Source of the DNA: Octopus bimaculoides
Lineage: Eukaryota
DNA length: 32,283 nucleotides
Assembly: GCF_001194135.2 (NCBI RefSeq)
Contig: NC_068986.1
Coordinates: 69,730,889 to 69,763,171, forward strand
Reading direction: 5' to 3'
This document shows positions 22,200 through 32,283 of the stretch, one piece after another. The notes under the pieces are model-generated. The model made no database searches. It worked only from the letters and a program-made list of their open reading frames with translations, and had not been told where the DNA came from. Every line of letters begins with the position of its first letter. Positions within the stretch are counted from its first letter, which is position 1. The position numbers and the translations under genes were made by a program.

Positions 22200-22480
22200 G
22201 CATTTATCTTATAGTTCCCCCTCATCAGCATCTGCTTGAGAGGTGACCAACTTATCCAATTTGTTCGATGTTTATTATACATCATTTCTTTGTACAGTTC
22301 AGTGTAGGAACTGTCATTGTAAACCCCTACAGTAATGTTTGGGTTACGTTCAAAATTGGGGTCATTATCAGCACAAATTTACAAGCGTTACAAATTTTTA
22401 GCAATATTCTTCGTACATGATTTAAGTGGAGTATTCTCAGCTTGCTTTGTTCTAACAGCAACTGCCCTCATTTGATAAAC
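22200..22480 (-). mobile_element. Probable pogo/Tigger transposase C-terminal remnant
   Basis: Minus translation ADNDPNFERNPNITVGVYNDSSYTELYKEMM..., then after a frameshift TKLDKL. This resembles the Tigger tail DPNxER...YxE(L/I)YxEKK...QTxLD. No TIR found. Confidence 0.5.
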
Positions 22481-22825
22481 TTTCTCTATGAGACACTAGC
22501 AACTCAACCATACCCCATGATTACACTTCCTAAAAAAAAAAAAAAAAATTCACTAAGCAATTCGCCCCAAAATATTTAATTTAAATCTCTATAATCCGGA
22601 TTTCCAGCTCTACATTCAATTTATACCACAAGCTACGTAGCCTACAGTAGTTCACAATCAACTTCGACCACATCAGCTTTCTTTGATTACATGATTAACA
22701 TGCAAAGGCTATAAATATTGAGTCCATCTTAAACCAAATGTTACTAATATAGCAGTTTTAATTTAAAACCGGAAACACATGGCGATATAACTTCTTTCAT
22801 TACGATAATATCTGTGCTTTCTGAG

Positions 22826-23000
22826 ATGGCGAGCAAGAAGAATTGTTACCGGGCAAAATGTTGAGCGGCATTTTGTCCGTGTCGACTTTGCCTTTCATCT
22901 TTTCGGGGTCGATAAAATAAATATCAGTTGAGCACTGGCGTCGATGTAATTGACTTACACCCTCCTCTAGACTTGCTGGTCCTGTGTTAACATTTGCAGG
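22826..23000 (+). mobile_element. SINE family B with internal deletion
   Basis: ccgggcaaaatgttgagcggcatttt...gtcgactttgcctttcatcttttcggggtcgataaaata...gagcactggcgtcgatgtaattgac. Confidence 0.85.
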
Positions 23001-24289
23001 TGTGTCCATCATATTGTTTTCAAGGCAACGGTTAAGGGGTGATTGCATGCTGAAATACAACCGGATCAATCACTTGACATGGTAGTAGCTTACAACTGGC
23101 GGGTGACACAAAATGTGATATATTTTTGACCAAACAGCGACATAGTTAATTGTACCATAGACAATATGCAATTTTTCATGTTTAACCCTGAACTAAAAGC
23201 TGAATGGGCATGCCTATGATCAATAGCTTCCCATTCACGACGACCTGTCTTCTTTGTAGAGTACATTAAGGGAAGATTTAGCTGTTATTTGTTGCACGTC
23301 GAGCGGCCACATAGAAGCTTGCTTGCTGGTTCGTTCAGCGTACAATTGTTAATTTTTATTTTACAGACAACTGAAGAGACAAAAGATCAAGTCAAGTTAG
23401 ACCGACTTTAACACGTGATGATATATAAAACTGAATACTAATATACCGGTCTGTTGGTTTTCGATTCTAAAATTAATGACCAAAAGCAATTATCCCGTCA
23501 AGTCACGTGGCTGACTGAAAGCAATAATTTATGTCGGTCACGTGGATGGCATTGAAACTTGTAAAATTATAAACATTAGCCTATGCGGATGTTAGGCACT
23601 ATCTACTTATTCTAATATCAACTATTTCCTTGTTGCATATTAGTCACCAATTGCTCCCGTGTGTATAATTATTTCCATGGTTTATTCCCTTTTACTCCAC
23701 AAGTCTGCCATTTAGATATTAGATTTAATTCTTCAGATACAGATAATTATCTTTACTAATAAACACTGAAGAATCAGGTGAGGTCTGTAGTTAGAGATAT
23801 TGATAAATAGAAGAGGGAGTGAAGGAAGAAGGAGGGGAGACGTTCGCTCATGCACGCGCGCGCGCATATATATGTGTGTGTGTGTGGATATGGGTGTGTA
23901 GTTATGGTATATTATGTTAAGAACGTAGTAAAGTAGAGTACAAAGCTCGACCTCCTTCAGATTTCACCGTGGTATCCAGTAGTAGTATTATACGTACTTC
24001 CACGTTTGTGTTTGGGCTTCTGTCGTGTGTAAATCGATAACTGAAAAAATTTGAAGTCAACAAGGAGTACGGTTGGACATTTATTTTCAGTCACTACAAT
24101 TGTGCAGACGTGCAGGTACTTGATTATGCAACCGTTTCCCTGCATTTTGAGATCTAGTTGTGCTTCCTCAGGCAATATATAAATATTGTCTCTGTAATTT
24201 CAGATTCTCGACTTCAAGATCGTCTTCTCTGTCTGCCGTGTCAATTATAATACTTATATATAGAAAAAATTATTTCAGTTTTTTTTTCA

Positions 24290-24291
<2 letters not shown>

Positions 24292-24374
<83 letters not shown>

Positions 24375-24375
24375 T
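24292..24375. repeat. (TATC)n plus (TA)n microsatellite
   Basis: Direct inspection. Confidence 0.95.
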
Positions 24376-24576
24376 CTTTTATTTGTTTCAATCATTTGAG
24401 CGTGGTCATGCTTTAAAGGGTTGTAGTCGAAGAAATGGATCCTAGGATTTATTCTTTGTTAGCCTACTACTTATTCTATTGGTGTCTTTGTCTGAACCGC
24501 TAAGTTACGGGAACTTAAACACACCATCATCCGTTGTTAAACGATGCTGTGGGGGTGGACAAACAGAGACACACAG
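24376..24576 (-). mobile_element. SINE family A, 3' half
   Basis: tgtttcaatcatttgagcgtggtcatgc...acttattctattggt...gaaccgctaagttacggg...aaacacacca; colinear with 989-1180. Confidence 0.8.
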
Positions 24577-24875
24577 GCGGCGAACTGTCAGAATCGTTAG
24601 CACACCGGGTACAATGCTTTGCGGCATTTCGTCCGACTTTATGTTCTGAGTTTAAATGTCACAGGGGTCGTCTTTGTCTTTCATCCTTTTGAGGTCGATG
24701 CAATACGTATCAGTTGAACACTTGGTACGATGTAAGCAACTTACTCCGCCCCCGAAATTGCTGGCCTTGTGCCAAAATTTGAAACCATTCATCCCGGCAT
24801 GCTAACGATTCTGTCAGCTCACTGCCCTACTGCCATATAAATTGCTGGCCTTGTACCAATATTTGAAACCATTAT
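24577..24875 (+). mobile_element. SINE family B full copy, followed by an inverted head fragment and an extra tail
   Basis: Full copy at 24577-24790; inverted head gctaacgattctgtcagctcactgcc at about 24801-24827; second tail attgctggccttgtaccaatatttgaaacc at 24841-24870. Confidence 0.85.
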
Positions 24876-25690
24876 TACTTCTGTCACTACTGTTAGGTAC
24901 GCGTATAGTTTTCTTTCCGCCCTCTTAGCTTTCCAACATTCATAAAATTGTATCAGGCAACTATTAAATCAAATATAGTATACTGTACCTTCGCACATTA
25001 TTTGTAGATACCTGTCGATCACAAAAATCCTGATTATTATTGTAGGGAAATGACAAAAATTGTGGTGCACTAGAATGAAATAAATGTCTTGTGGCACTTA
25101 ATTGTATTATTAACGTTCTGAGTTCAAATCTCGCAGATCTCTGGTCACGGTTTTACATTTTTCCAGTATCGGTGAAGTATTGTGCCCCATCAAATGAGCT
25201 GAAAGGTAGACTAAAATATTAGATGTTGTTGACGTCAAGAAATTTAGAAACTTCGAGAGAACGTAAAATAATTCGCTTTTAGCCTTTGAACTCGAAATAC
25301 AAAAGCTATGAATAAAAGCGTGTAAATATTTATAGCTCTTCCAGATCGAGTACAACTGTTAAAAACGAATTATTTGAGCATGTCTTTATATTGGCTGCAA
25401 ATCTTGGTACAAGGCTAGCAATTTTGGGGCCAATGCTCACATCGGTCCCAATGCTCATGAGGCCATCTCTTGCTAAGATCAGCTTTTATAGTTCAAATTC
25501 TTGAAGTCGATAAAATATCATCAATCTCATTCATTCAACCAGCCACATTAAATAGTTTTGTGTATCTTCTGAAATCCTTATCAATACGCAGTAATAGTAG
25601 TGCTGGTGCTAGCTTTAATAGTAACAGTACTTCGGTTGCAATATAAGTATTAATACTGGATGTGTAGCTGTAGTTATGATATTGATAATA

Positions 25691-25830
25691 GGTGTGACGC
25701 ATGGCCTAGTGCTGCACTCACTGTTGGTTCGGTTCCCGGACAGGGCGGTGCGCCATGTGCAAAACACTTCAACTCTTGTTGCTCTGCGATCAATACAACA
25801 TCTGACGTGTGTCACACTGTGTACCTGTAC
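25691..25830 (+). mobile_element. Degenerate SINE family C-like head and core
   Basis: gacgcatggcctagtg ... ggttcggttcccggac ... caaaacactt...ttgctctgcgatcaa. Confidence 0.5.
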
Positions 25831-25939
25831 AGGTAATGTCGATTTGATGGGGAGAATGAATTAATGTGCATCAGATCATTTGTGCGGCTTGTTCAGCAAA
25901 AAGCTGCAGAACTGTCTTTTGCAGACTCGAGAAACTACC

Positions 25940-26475
25940 TTACAATATTGATTTCAAATATTCATACAAGACCAATAATTTCGGGGCTGGACGGAGGTCT
26001 AGGTCGATTACATGGACCCCATTGCGAACGATTATGCAAACTCGCCACCTTACTGCTGTACAATTTTGGTTTCAAATTTTGGTACAAGGCCAGAAATTTC
26101 AGGGAAGGGACTAAGTCGATGACATGGACCTCAGTACTCAACTGGTACTTATTTTACCGGCCCCGAAAGGATGAAAGGCAAAAGCTACCTCAGTGGAATT
26201 TAAACTCAGAACGTGCAGACGGACGAAGTATCGCTGAGCATTTTTCCCGGCGTGATAAAGATTCTGCTAGTTTACTGCCCTACTGCCTTACAATATTGAT
26301 TTCCTGTTCTGGCACAAGACCAACAATTTAGGGAAAGAGGATAGGCCATTTACGCCGACCTCAGTACTCAACTGGTACTAATTTAATCGGCCACGATAGG
26401 ATGAAAGACAAAATCGACCTCGAACTTGAACTCAGAGCATAAGGACGGACGAAAAGTATTTTGCCTGGCATGCTT
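25940..26475 (-). mobile_element. Three head-to-tail SINE family B copies (about 25940-26050, 26066-26280, 26290-26475)
   Basis: Each begins on the plus strand with the reverse-complemented tail (atattgatttc / ggtttcaaattttggtacaagg); the first has an internal deletion. Confidence 0.85.
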
Positions 26476-26504
26476 ACTACCATACAATATAAATAATAGA
26501 ATTA

Positions 26505-26630
26505 ATGGTGCAGTAGTAGTAGCAGTAGTAGTAGTAGCAGCAGCAGCAGCAGAAGCAATTGTTGTAGTAGTTGTTTGTTGTAGTAGCAGCAGCAGTAGTA
26601 ATAATAGTTGTAGTTGTCCTTATAGTTTGT
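26505..26630. repeat. (GTA)/(GCA)/(GTT) trinucleotide array
   Basis: Direct inspection. Confidence 0.9.
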
Positions 26631-27643
26631 AGTAATGGTGTATATTAATGTTTTATTAATTAAGTTTAAGATTATTTTCTTATTGTATCGGGTTACTTTC
26701 CAGACCTGTTGTTGGTTATGCAGTTTAAGTTAAAAGACCCTGCCGCGCACCAATTCAGCTTCCTTTTTTCTTTTCTTTTTTTACTTTTTACATTCTTGAC
26801 TTCAGCACCATTAGTTACATCACTATCCTACTAATAACAGCAGTTGTAGTTGTGACAGTAACAAACTTTTACGACTACAAAGAGATATTTAAAGTGTCGC
26901 GAATACATGTTCTATAATTAGAAAAAAATTGTTTCCTCCCTGATGTTGTCGTGTTGGCACATGGGTAAAGGCTGCAGATACGTTGCGAATCTCAACAGTT
27001 AAATACACCTCTGAACTCCTTTTTGAACACCAGACATTTCATATACAAATATAGAAGAAAAAAAAAGCATGTTAAAAAATATAATCGGTTAGCCAAGCGA
27101 GCATGTGTGGAATATATTTAACCGAAGAAAATATCTGTTAGATTATTCAAGAAATCATATACACATTGGCAACGGCAGCTGCGTGTTTGTTTTGATTCTG
27201 CTTCTTCTTTCCTCCCTTATTTGATAAGTCAACAAATTTATTTGTATGTCTATGGATTTCTGAATACTTGAGTTAGCGACAAGTGGAAGCATTAACTCTA
27301 CGTATGATAACATGTAACATTCTAAAATGATGGATGTTTATAAATATATTTCCTGGATAAACAAATATGATAAAGGACTCTGCGTGTGAATGAGAGCTAA
27401 AGAGAATCGTCTGTATCGTTTGAGGATTTACACCACACAAATCGCACTAAGCTCGCTCGCGCACATATGCTCTTTGATGTGAGTACTACGCTAGTATATA
27501 TGTGTGCGCGTGCGCGTATGTTCGTGTGTGTGTATGTGTGTGTGTGTGTGTGTGTGTGCACATATACATATGTGCATATATGTATATAAAGATTATAACT
27601 TGCCCAAACACACGTATGCCTATGTATCTAAGTTTATGCATGC

Positions 27644-27683
<40 letters not shown>

Positions 27684-28105
27684 NNNNNNNNNNNNNNNNN
27701 NNNNNNNNNNNNNNNNNNNNNNNNNNNNNNNNNNNNNNNNNNNNNNNNNNNNNNNNNNNNNNNNNNNNNNNNNNNNNNNNNNNNNNNNNNNNNNNNNNNN
27801 NNNNNNNNNNNNNNNNNNNNNNNNNNNNNNNNNNNNNNNNNNNNNNNNNNNNNNNNNNNNNNNNNNNNNNNNNNNNNNNNNNNNNNNNNNNNNNNNNNNN
27901 NNNNNNNNNNNNNNNNNNNNNNNNNNNNNNNNNNNNNNNNNNNNNNNNNNNNNNNNNNNNNNNNNNNNNNNNNNNNNNNNNNNNNNNNNNNNNNNNNNNN
28001 NNNNNNNNNNNNNNNNNNNNNNNNNNNNNNNNNNNNNNNNNNNNNNNNNNNNNNNNNNNNNNNNATATATATATATATATATAGTCTGTTAAAGTCTGTC
28101 ATACC

Positions 28106-28145
28106 GGCCATGACGAAGGGAAATAGCCATGAAACTCAAGTCGCC
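28106..28145 (+). ncRNA. Type-I hammerhead ribozyme-like motif, slightly decayed
   Basis: GGC-C(A)TGACGA-AGGG-AAATAG-CCAT-GAAA-C-TCAA-G-TC-GCC: helix I GGC/GCC, helix II with one mismatch, helix III A-U/C-G closed by a tetraloop, GUC cleavage triplet. One extra A in the core. Confidence 0.55.
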
Positions 28146-28410
28146 TTTATATATATATATTTATATTTATATATTTATATATTTGATACTTTATATTGAA
28201 CACTCAATATTTCATCTACATTCAATACTTTCTTTCATGGTGCCATCCATTTTTATTTTATTTTATTTTATATTGTATATTGTATATCATATTATATATT
28301 GTATATTCCATATTCTATACCTCACATTAGTTCTGCAGGAATATAAATAAAACATAAAAAACAGACAGTGTTGGAACTCTTTTAAGCAAAATAATATATA
28401 TATATTTATG

Positions 28411-28709
28411 AATCTACTTCATTTTGGTTAATATATAAAGGATTGGGGTAACTCCTCTTGAAGATATAGAATCTAAATTAAAAGAAGAGTGCCATTGTTA
28501 TCTAGTGAACGATATTTCAATATCTTGTGTGTTTTCAACTGGTTCAAAAAATAAATTTGTCAATCTACTTCATTTTGGTTAATATATAAAGGATTGGGGT
28601 AACTCCAGTTGAAGATACACAAGATGTCGAAATATCGTTCGCTAGATAACAATGGCACTCTTCTTTTAATTTTGACTCTATATTTTCAAGAGGAGTTATT
28701 TCAATCCTT

Positions 28710-28715
<6 letters not shown>
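28411..28715. repeat. Inverted repeat with 111-bp arms (28432-28542 and 28605-28715) plus an exact 45-bp direct repeat (28411-28455 = 28562-28606); probable Penelope-like pseudo-LTR
   Basis: Manual alignment; each arm carries a hammerhead-like motif. Confidence 0.9.
28606..28640 (+). ncRNA. Hammerhead-like motif with variant core (mirror copy at 28507-28545 on the minus strand)
   Basis: CAGTTGAA-GATA-CACAAGA-TGTC-GAAA-TA-TC-GTTC. The mirror copy supplies the GAAC strand of helix I. Same layout as 19787-19823. Confidence 0.45.

Positions 28716-28775
<60 letters not shown>
28716..28775. repeat. (AAT)n microsatellite (tail of a minus-strand SINE B)
   Basis: Direct inspection. Confidence 0.95.
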
Positions 28776-28776
<1 letters not shown>

Positions 28777-28783
28777 TACCATA

Positions 28784-29185
28784 GGCACAAGGCCTGAAAT
28801 ATCGGTGAGGGGCGAGGAACTAGTCGATTACATCGAACTAGTGTTCAACTTCTTGTTTTATTGACCCCGAAAGGATGAAAGGCGATAAAATAAGTACCAT
28901 TTGAGCACTGGGATGGATGTAATCGACTAGTCCCCTCCCCCATAATAATAATAATGATGATGATGAGGAGGAGGAGGAGGAGGAGGAGGAAAAGTACAAG
29001 TGGTTTCCAAGTTAGGCGCAAGGCCATTAAGTTTGAGGGGAGAGTGTTAATTAATACTCTCAACCTCAGTACGTGACTGGTACTTCATTTTACCGGGTTC
29101 GATAAAATAAAGTAACATCGAATATCTGGAATCCACAGTATCGATTAACACCTCTGAAAATTGCTGACCTTGCACCTAATTTCTT
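28784..29185. mobile_element. Two fold-back SINE B structures (28784-28941 and 29001-29185)
   Basis: Each is a minus-strand 3' half joined to a plus-strand 3' half that restarts at cGATAAAATA. Confidence 0.7.
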
Positions 29186-29219
<34 letters not shown>

Positions 29220-29221
<2 letters not shown>

Positions 29222-29370
29222 CGCAGTCGGGACTGTGTGGTAAGAAGCTTACTTCCCACCAACATGGTTCTGAGTTCAGTCTCGCTGCATGGTATTTTCG
29301 GCAAGTTTCCTCGGGCTGCTGAAAGCCTTGTGAGTGGCTTTGGTAGACGAAAACTGAAAGAAGCCCGTGG
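29220..29370 (+). mobile_element. SINE family A, 5' half
   Basis: ggcgcag...ctgtgtggtaagaagctt...catggttctgagttcagtc...aaagccttgtgagtggctttggtagacgaaaactgaaagaagcccg. Confidence 0.85.
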
Positions 29371-29425
<55 letters not shown>

Positions 29426-29480
29426 CTAGCTAGCTAGATAGATAGATAGACAGACAGATAGATAGATAGATAGATAGATG
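29370..29480. repeat. (TA)/(GT)n/(CTAG)/(GATA)n compound microsatellite
   Basis: Direct inspection. Confidence 0.95.
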
Positions 29481-30104
29481 TGGTTGGTATGTAAGTATAT
29501 ATGTATATTCAAATTTGTGAGTATATGTATGCATGCGTGTGTGTATGCAGGTGTGCGCATACTTATATTTGAAATTACATTTATTCACCTACTTGATAAC
29601 ATTGTACAATTGCTCACATATATAAAATATGTGTGTATAATTATTTTACGTAGCCACCGTTTATTCATTACCACTAAAGGATTGAATTGCTGCCTTCACT
29701 CATAACTCACGTGTGTCTAAAGACATCTGAAAGAGTCGCTGAAAGCCCAGGAAATTTATTTCTCTGTTTTCCTAGTAACGGGGATATAATCTATCAACAC
29801 CAGCATTAAGATTTTCGTGTTATCTTAACCGAAATATTTCAGACTAGCGTTAGTCGTATTTGAGATTAAAACTGTAATATAAGTAAGCTGTTTGGAATTA
29901 TTTTTGCTTTATCTCAAGGTTAATTCTGTAAGAGGATCAACACAAAGTGTAAACTATGCTAATTTTATTGAACCTTACATTTCGAAAATTAAAGCCTGTT
30001 GCTGAAAGAATTTAGACTTAGAAAAGCTAGTCGTTTACCTAAGTTTTGATAATCATTTTTACGCTATATAATATAAAGTAATAATGTATCTAAATAAGAT
30101 ACAT

Positions 30105-30552
30105 GGGTCTGGGTGTGTAGAAAGAAGCTTTCTTCCCAACCCAACGATTTCCGGTTCAGTCCCACTGCGTGACACCTTGGGTTAGTGTCTTCTACTATAG
30201 CCTCAGGCCGACCAAAGCCTTGTGAGGAGATTTCGTAGACGAAACTCGTTGTATATACTAATACATCTGTTTGTTTTCTACACCAACTCTCTTCATCCTT
30301 TGTGGGTTTTTTTTTGTGAATTCTCCCTATATATGTGTGCGTGTGTGTGTTTGTGTTTGTCACCCAGCATCGCCTGACAACAGTTGTTTGTGTAGTTACG
30401 TCCCCGCAATATAACGGTTCGGCAAAAGAGACCGATAGAAGAAATACCAGGCCTTCAAAAAATAAGTACTTGGGTCGATTCATTCGACTAAAAGTCTTCA
30501 AGGCGGTGCTCCGACATAGTCGCAATCTAATGACTGAAACAAGTATAAGATA
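30105..30552 (+). mobile_element. SINE family A, full length, with an insertion at about 30255-30332
   Basis: ggttcagtcccactgcgtgacaccttggg...ccaaagccttgtgagg...cggttcggcaaaagagaccgatag...gggtcgattcattcgactaaaa...atgactgaaacaagtataagataaaa. Confidence 0.9.
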
Positions 30553-30812
30553 AAAAATATTTGAAAGGAATGTGCTTGGTTGATCGGATAAGATAAAAGA
30601 TATATTTTATCGGTATTGGAAATAATAAAGATTTGAAATCAATAAATAAAGTGACAGAACTAAATATTGTAAATAATTTAGTTAGGCACTTACTCGCTTT
30701 TGCCATACTATGGTCTATGAATAAAAAGCAAATCATGATATCTGACATAGTCATGAGGCAGACATGTTGGCGACGTAGGAAATTGAGTATATCGCCTACG
30801 TATACATTTTTT

Positions 30813-31360
30813 ATAGACTTCGTAGGGATGAAAGGCAAAGTCGAACATGGCGGGATTTGGATTCATAATTAAAAAGGATGTAAGAAAAAAAGCGAGGCAT
30901 ATTTGGCGACAATATTCTGTCATCCATTTATGCAGTGACCTGCCAGAATCATTAGTACACCGAACAAAATGCTTAGTAGCATTTCATCTGTGTTTACATC
31001 CTGAGTTCAAATTCTGCCGTGGTCGATTTCGCCTTTCATCCTTTCGGGGGACTATAAAATATGTACCAGTTTAACACTGGGGTCGATGTAATCGACTTCA
31101 CCGCTCCCATGAAATTTCTGGCCTTGTGCCAAAATGAGAAACCAGTATTTTGTCACCCATTTAGGCGACGAATTGCCAGAATTGTTAGCACGCAGGGCAA
31201 AATGCTTAGTTGCACTTCGCTCGTCTTTACGTTCTGAGTTCAAATTTCGCCGAGGTCGACTTTGCCTTTTCATAATTGAGGTCGATAGAATAAGTGCCAA
31301 TAGATGTAATCAACTTTGCCCCTGCTCAAAATTGGTGGCATTGTGCCAAAATTTGTGATC
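30813..31360 (+). mobile_element. SINE B cluster: minus fragment at 30813-30865, plus copies at 30935-31150 and 31163-31360
   Basis: Head cagaatcattag / cagaattgttagcacgc, B-box gagttcaaatt, core tttcatcctttcgggg, tail ttgtgccaaaat. Confidence 0.88.
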
Positions 31361-32248
31361 AATGTTCTGTCATCGTTTGTCATATAAGGTTTAAAAATAC
31401 TTCCAAGTCTTTCTTTCATATTACAATCATTGACGAACAGAAAACATACTCGTACGACTATCATGCACCTGACCATTTATAACTTTCCTTTCAGGCAAAA
31501 GATCTGAAGCGATAATACAGAAAACATTCTTGACCTCAGTAAATGTGGGAGCGTAGAAACAAAATCAGACAAGATACAAGTTTAGTGTCATATTTCTATA
31601 CTCAAATCGCTCGAATGTTTCCATTTATGCTAGTATACCGAGGTTATTTAAGTAACAGTAATACATAAGAAAAAATGGAAGAAAACATACAGGAGTAGTG
31701 AAAATAAAACATTTATTGCATTTCTGTATCTAACAAGAACATAGACACGAAGGTATGTTAACGTGTTTTAACGACAGCTTTCACTTTAAACAAATTAAAT
31801 ATGTCACTTTGCTGTGTTCTGTTATATTTTATCGCATTTTCGGTTGGATATTAAAATGCTGGAATTTATCGTGCAGCTGAAGGCTTAGAGTATGTTCTGA
31901 GAAAAAAGATAATCGAAAAATATTAATGATGCAATAAAAATTAAGCATATATAGTTTTCTCTTAACGTGGGAAGAAATTGAGATAAGAGTGCGCATTCAA
32001 AATGACACTGCCGAGAGGATATGGTTAAAGAGCAAGACGTGTTCAAATAGCCGTGTGATATATCATCTAGAGATTAAAGTAAGAGGTGTATAAGAGTTCA
32101 TACGTACAGCACAAAGGGAATTTATTCATCGAAATAGCATTAGCAAATATTATCCCAAAAGAATATTAAAATTTCACAGAAAAACATGAGAATAAATTTG
32201 GTGCTTTTATACATATGTAGATTTGTTCTCATAATCAGAAGAACACCC

Positions 32249-32283
<35 letters not shown>

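Noticed and set aside
24041-24270. Possible small exons around ttttcag|...gcag|gtact and aatttcag|
   Set aside because: Open frames are under 40 codons, bounded by stops and unrecognised; splice-like sites are common in AT-rich DNA.

Overview
AT-rich eukaryotic, repeat-dominated (intergenic or intronic) DNA from a short-read assembly. It has six N-gaps, mostly beside microsatellites. The SINE families and microsatellite load look like a cephalopod (Octopus-type) genome; this is recognition from memory, not a database result. No intact protein-coding gene can be shown, and most ORFs in the supplied track are microsatellite or repeat artefacts. Well supported: a full-length but dead Tc1-like DNA transposon (19944-21129, 31-bp TIRs, TA sites); a doubly deleted Gypsy/Ty3 LTR retrotransposon (15668-17624, minus); an internally deleted mariner (about 3696-4222); an RTE-like LINE RT remnant (about 5040-5514, minus); a probable pogo/Tigger remnant; and more than 25 copies or fragments of three tRNA-derived SINE families. 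The most interesting signal is three unrelated short elements, each carrying a minimal type-I hammerhead-ribozyme-like fold (19787-19823 minus; 28106-28145 plus; 28507-28545 minus with 28606-28640 plus). Two share the same non-canonical CWGUUGAA core and a palindromic zero-loop helix III, as expected for dimer-dependent Penelope-type ribozymes. Weaker candidates: a plus-strand spliced gene fragment (7962, then 14340-15167), a decayed GPCR-like pseudogene (about 2770-3660, minus) and fold-back SINE pairs.
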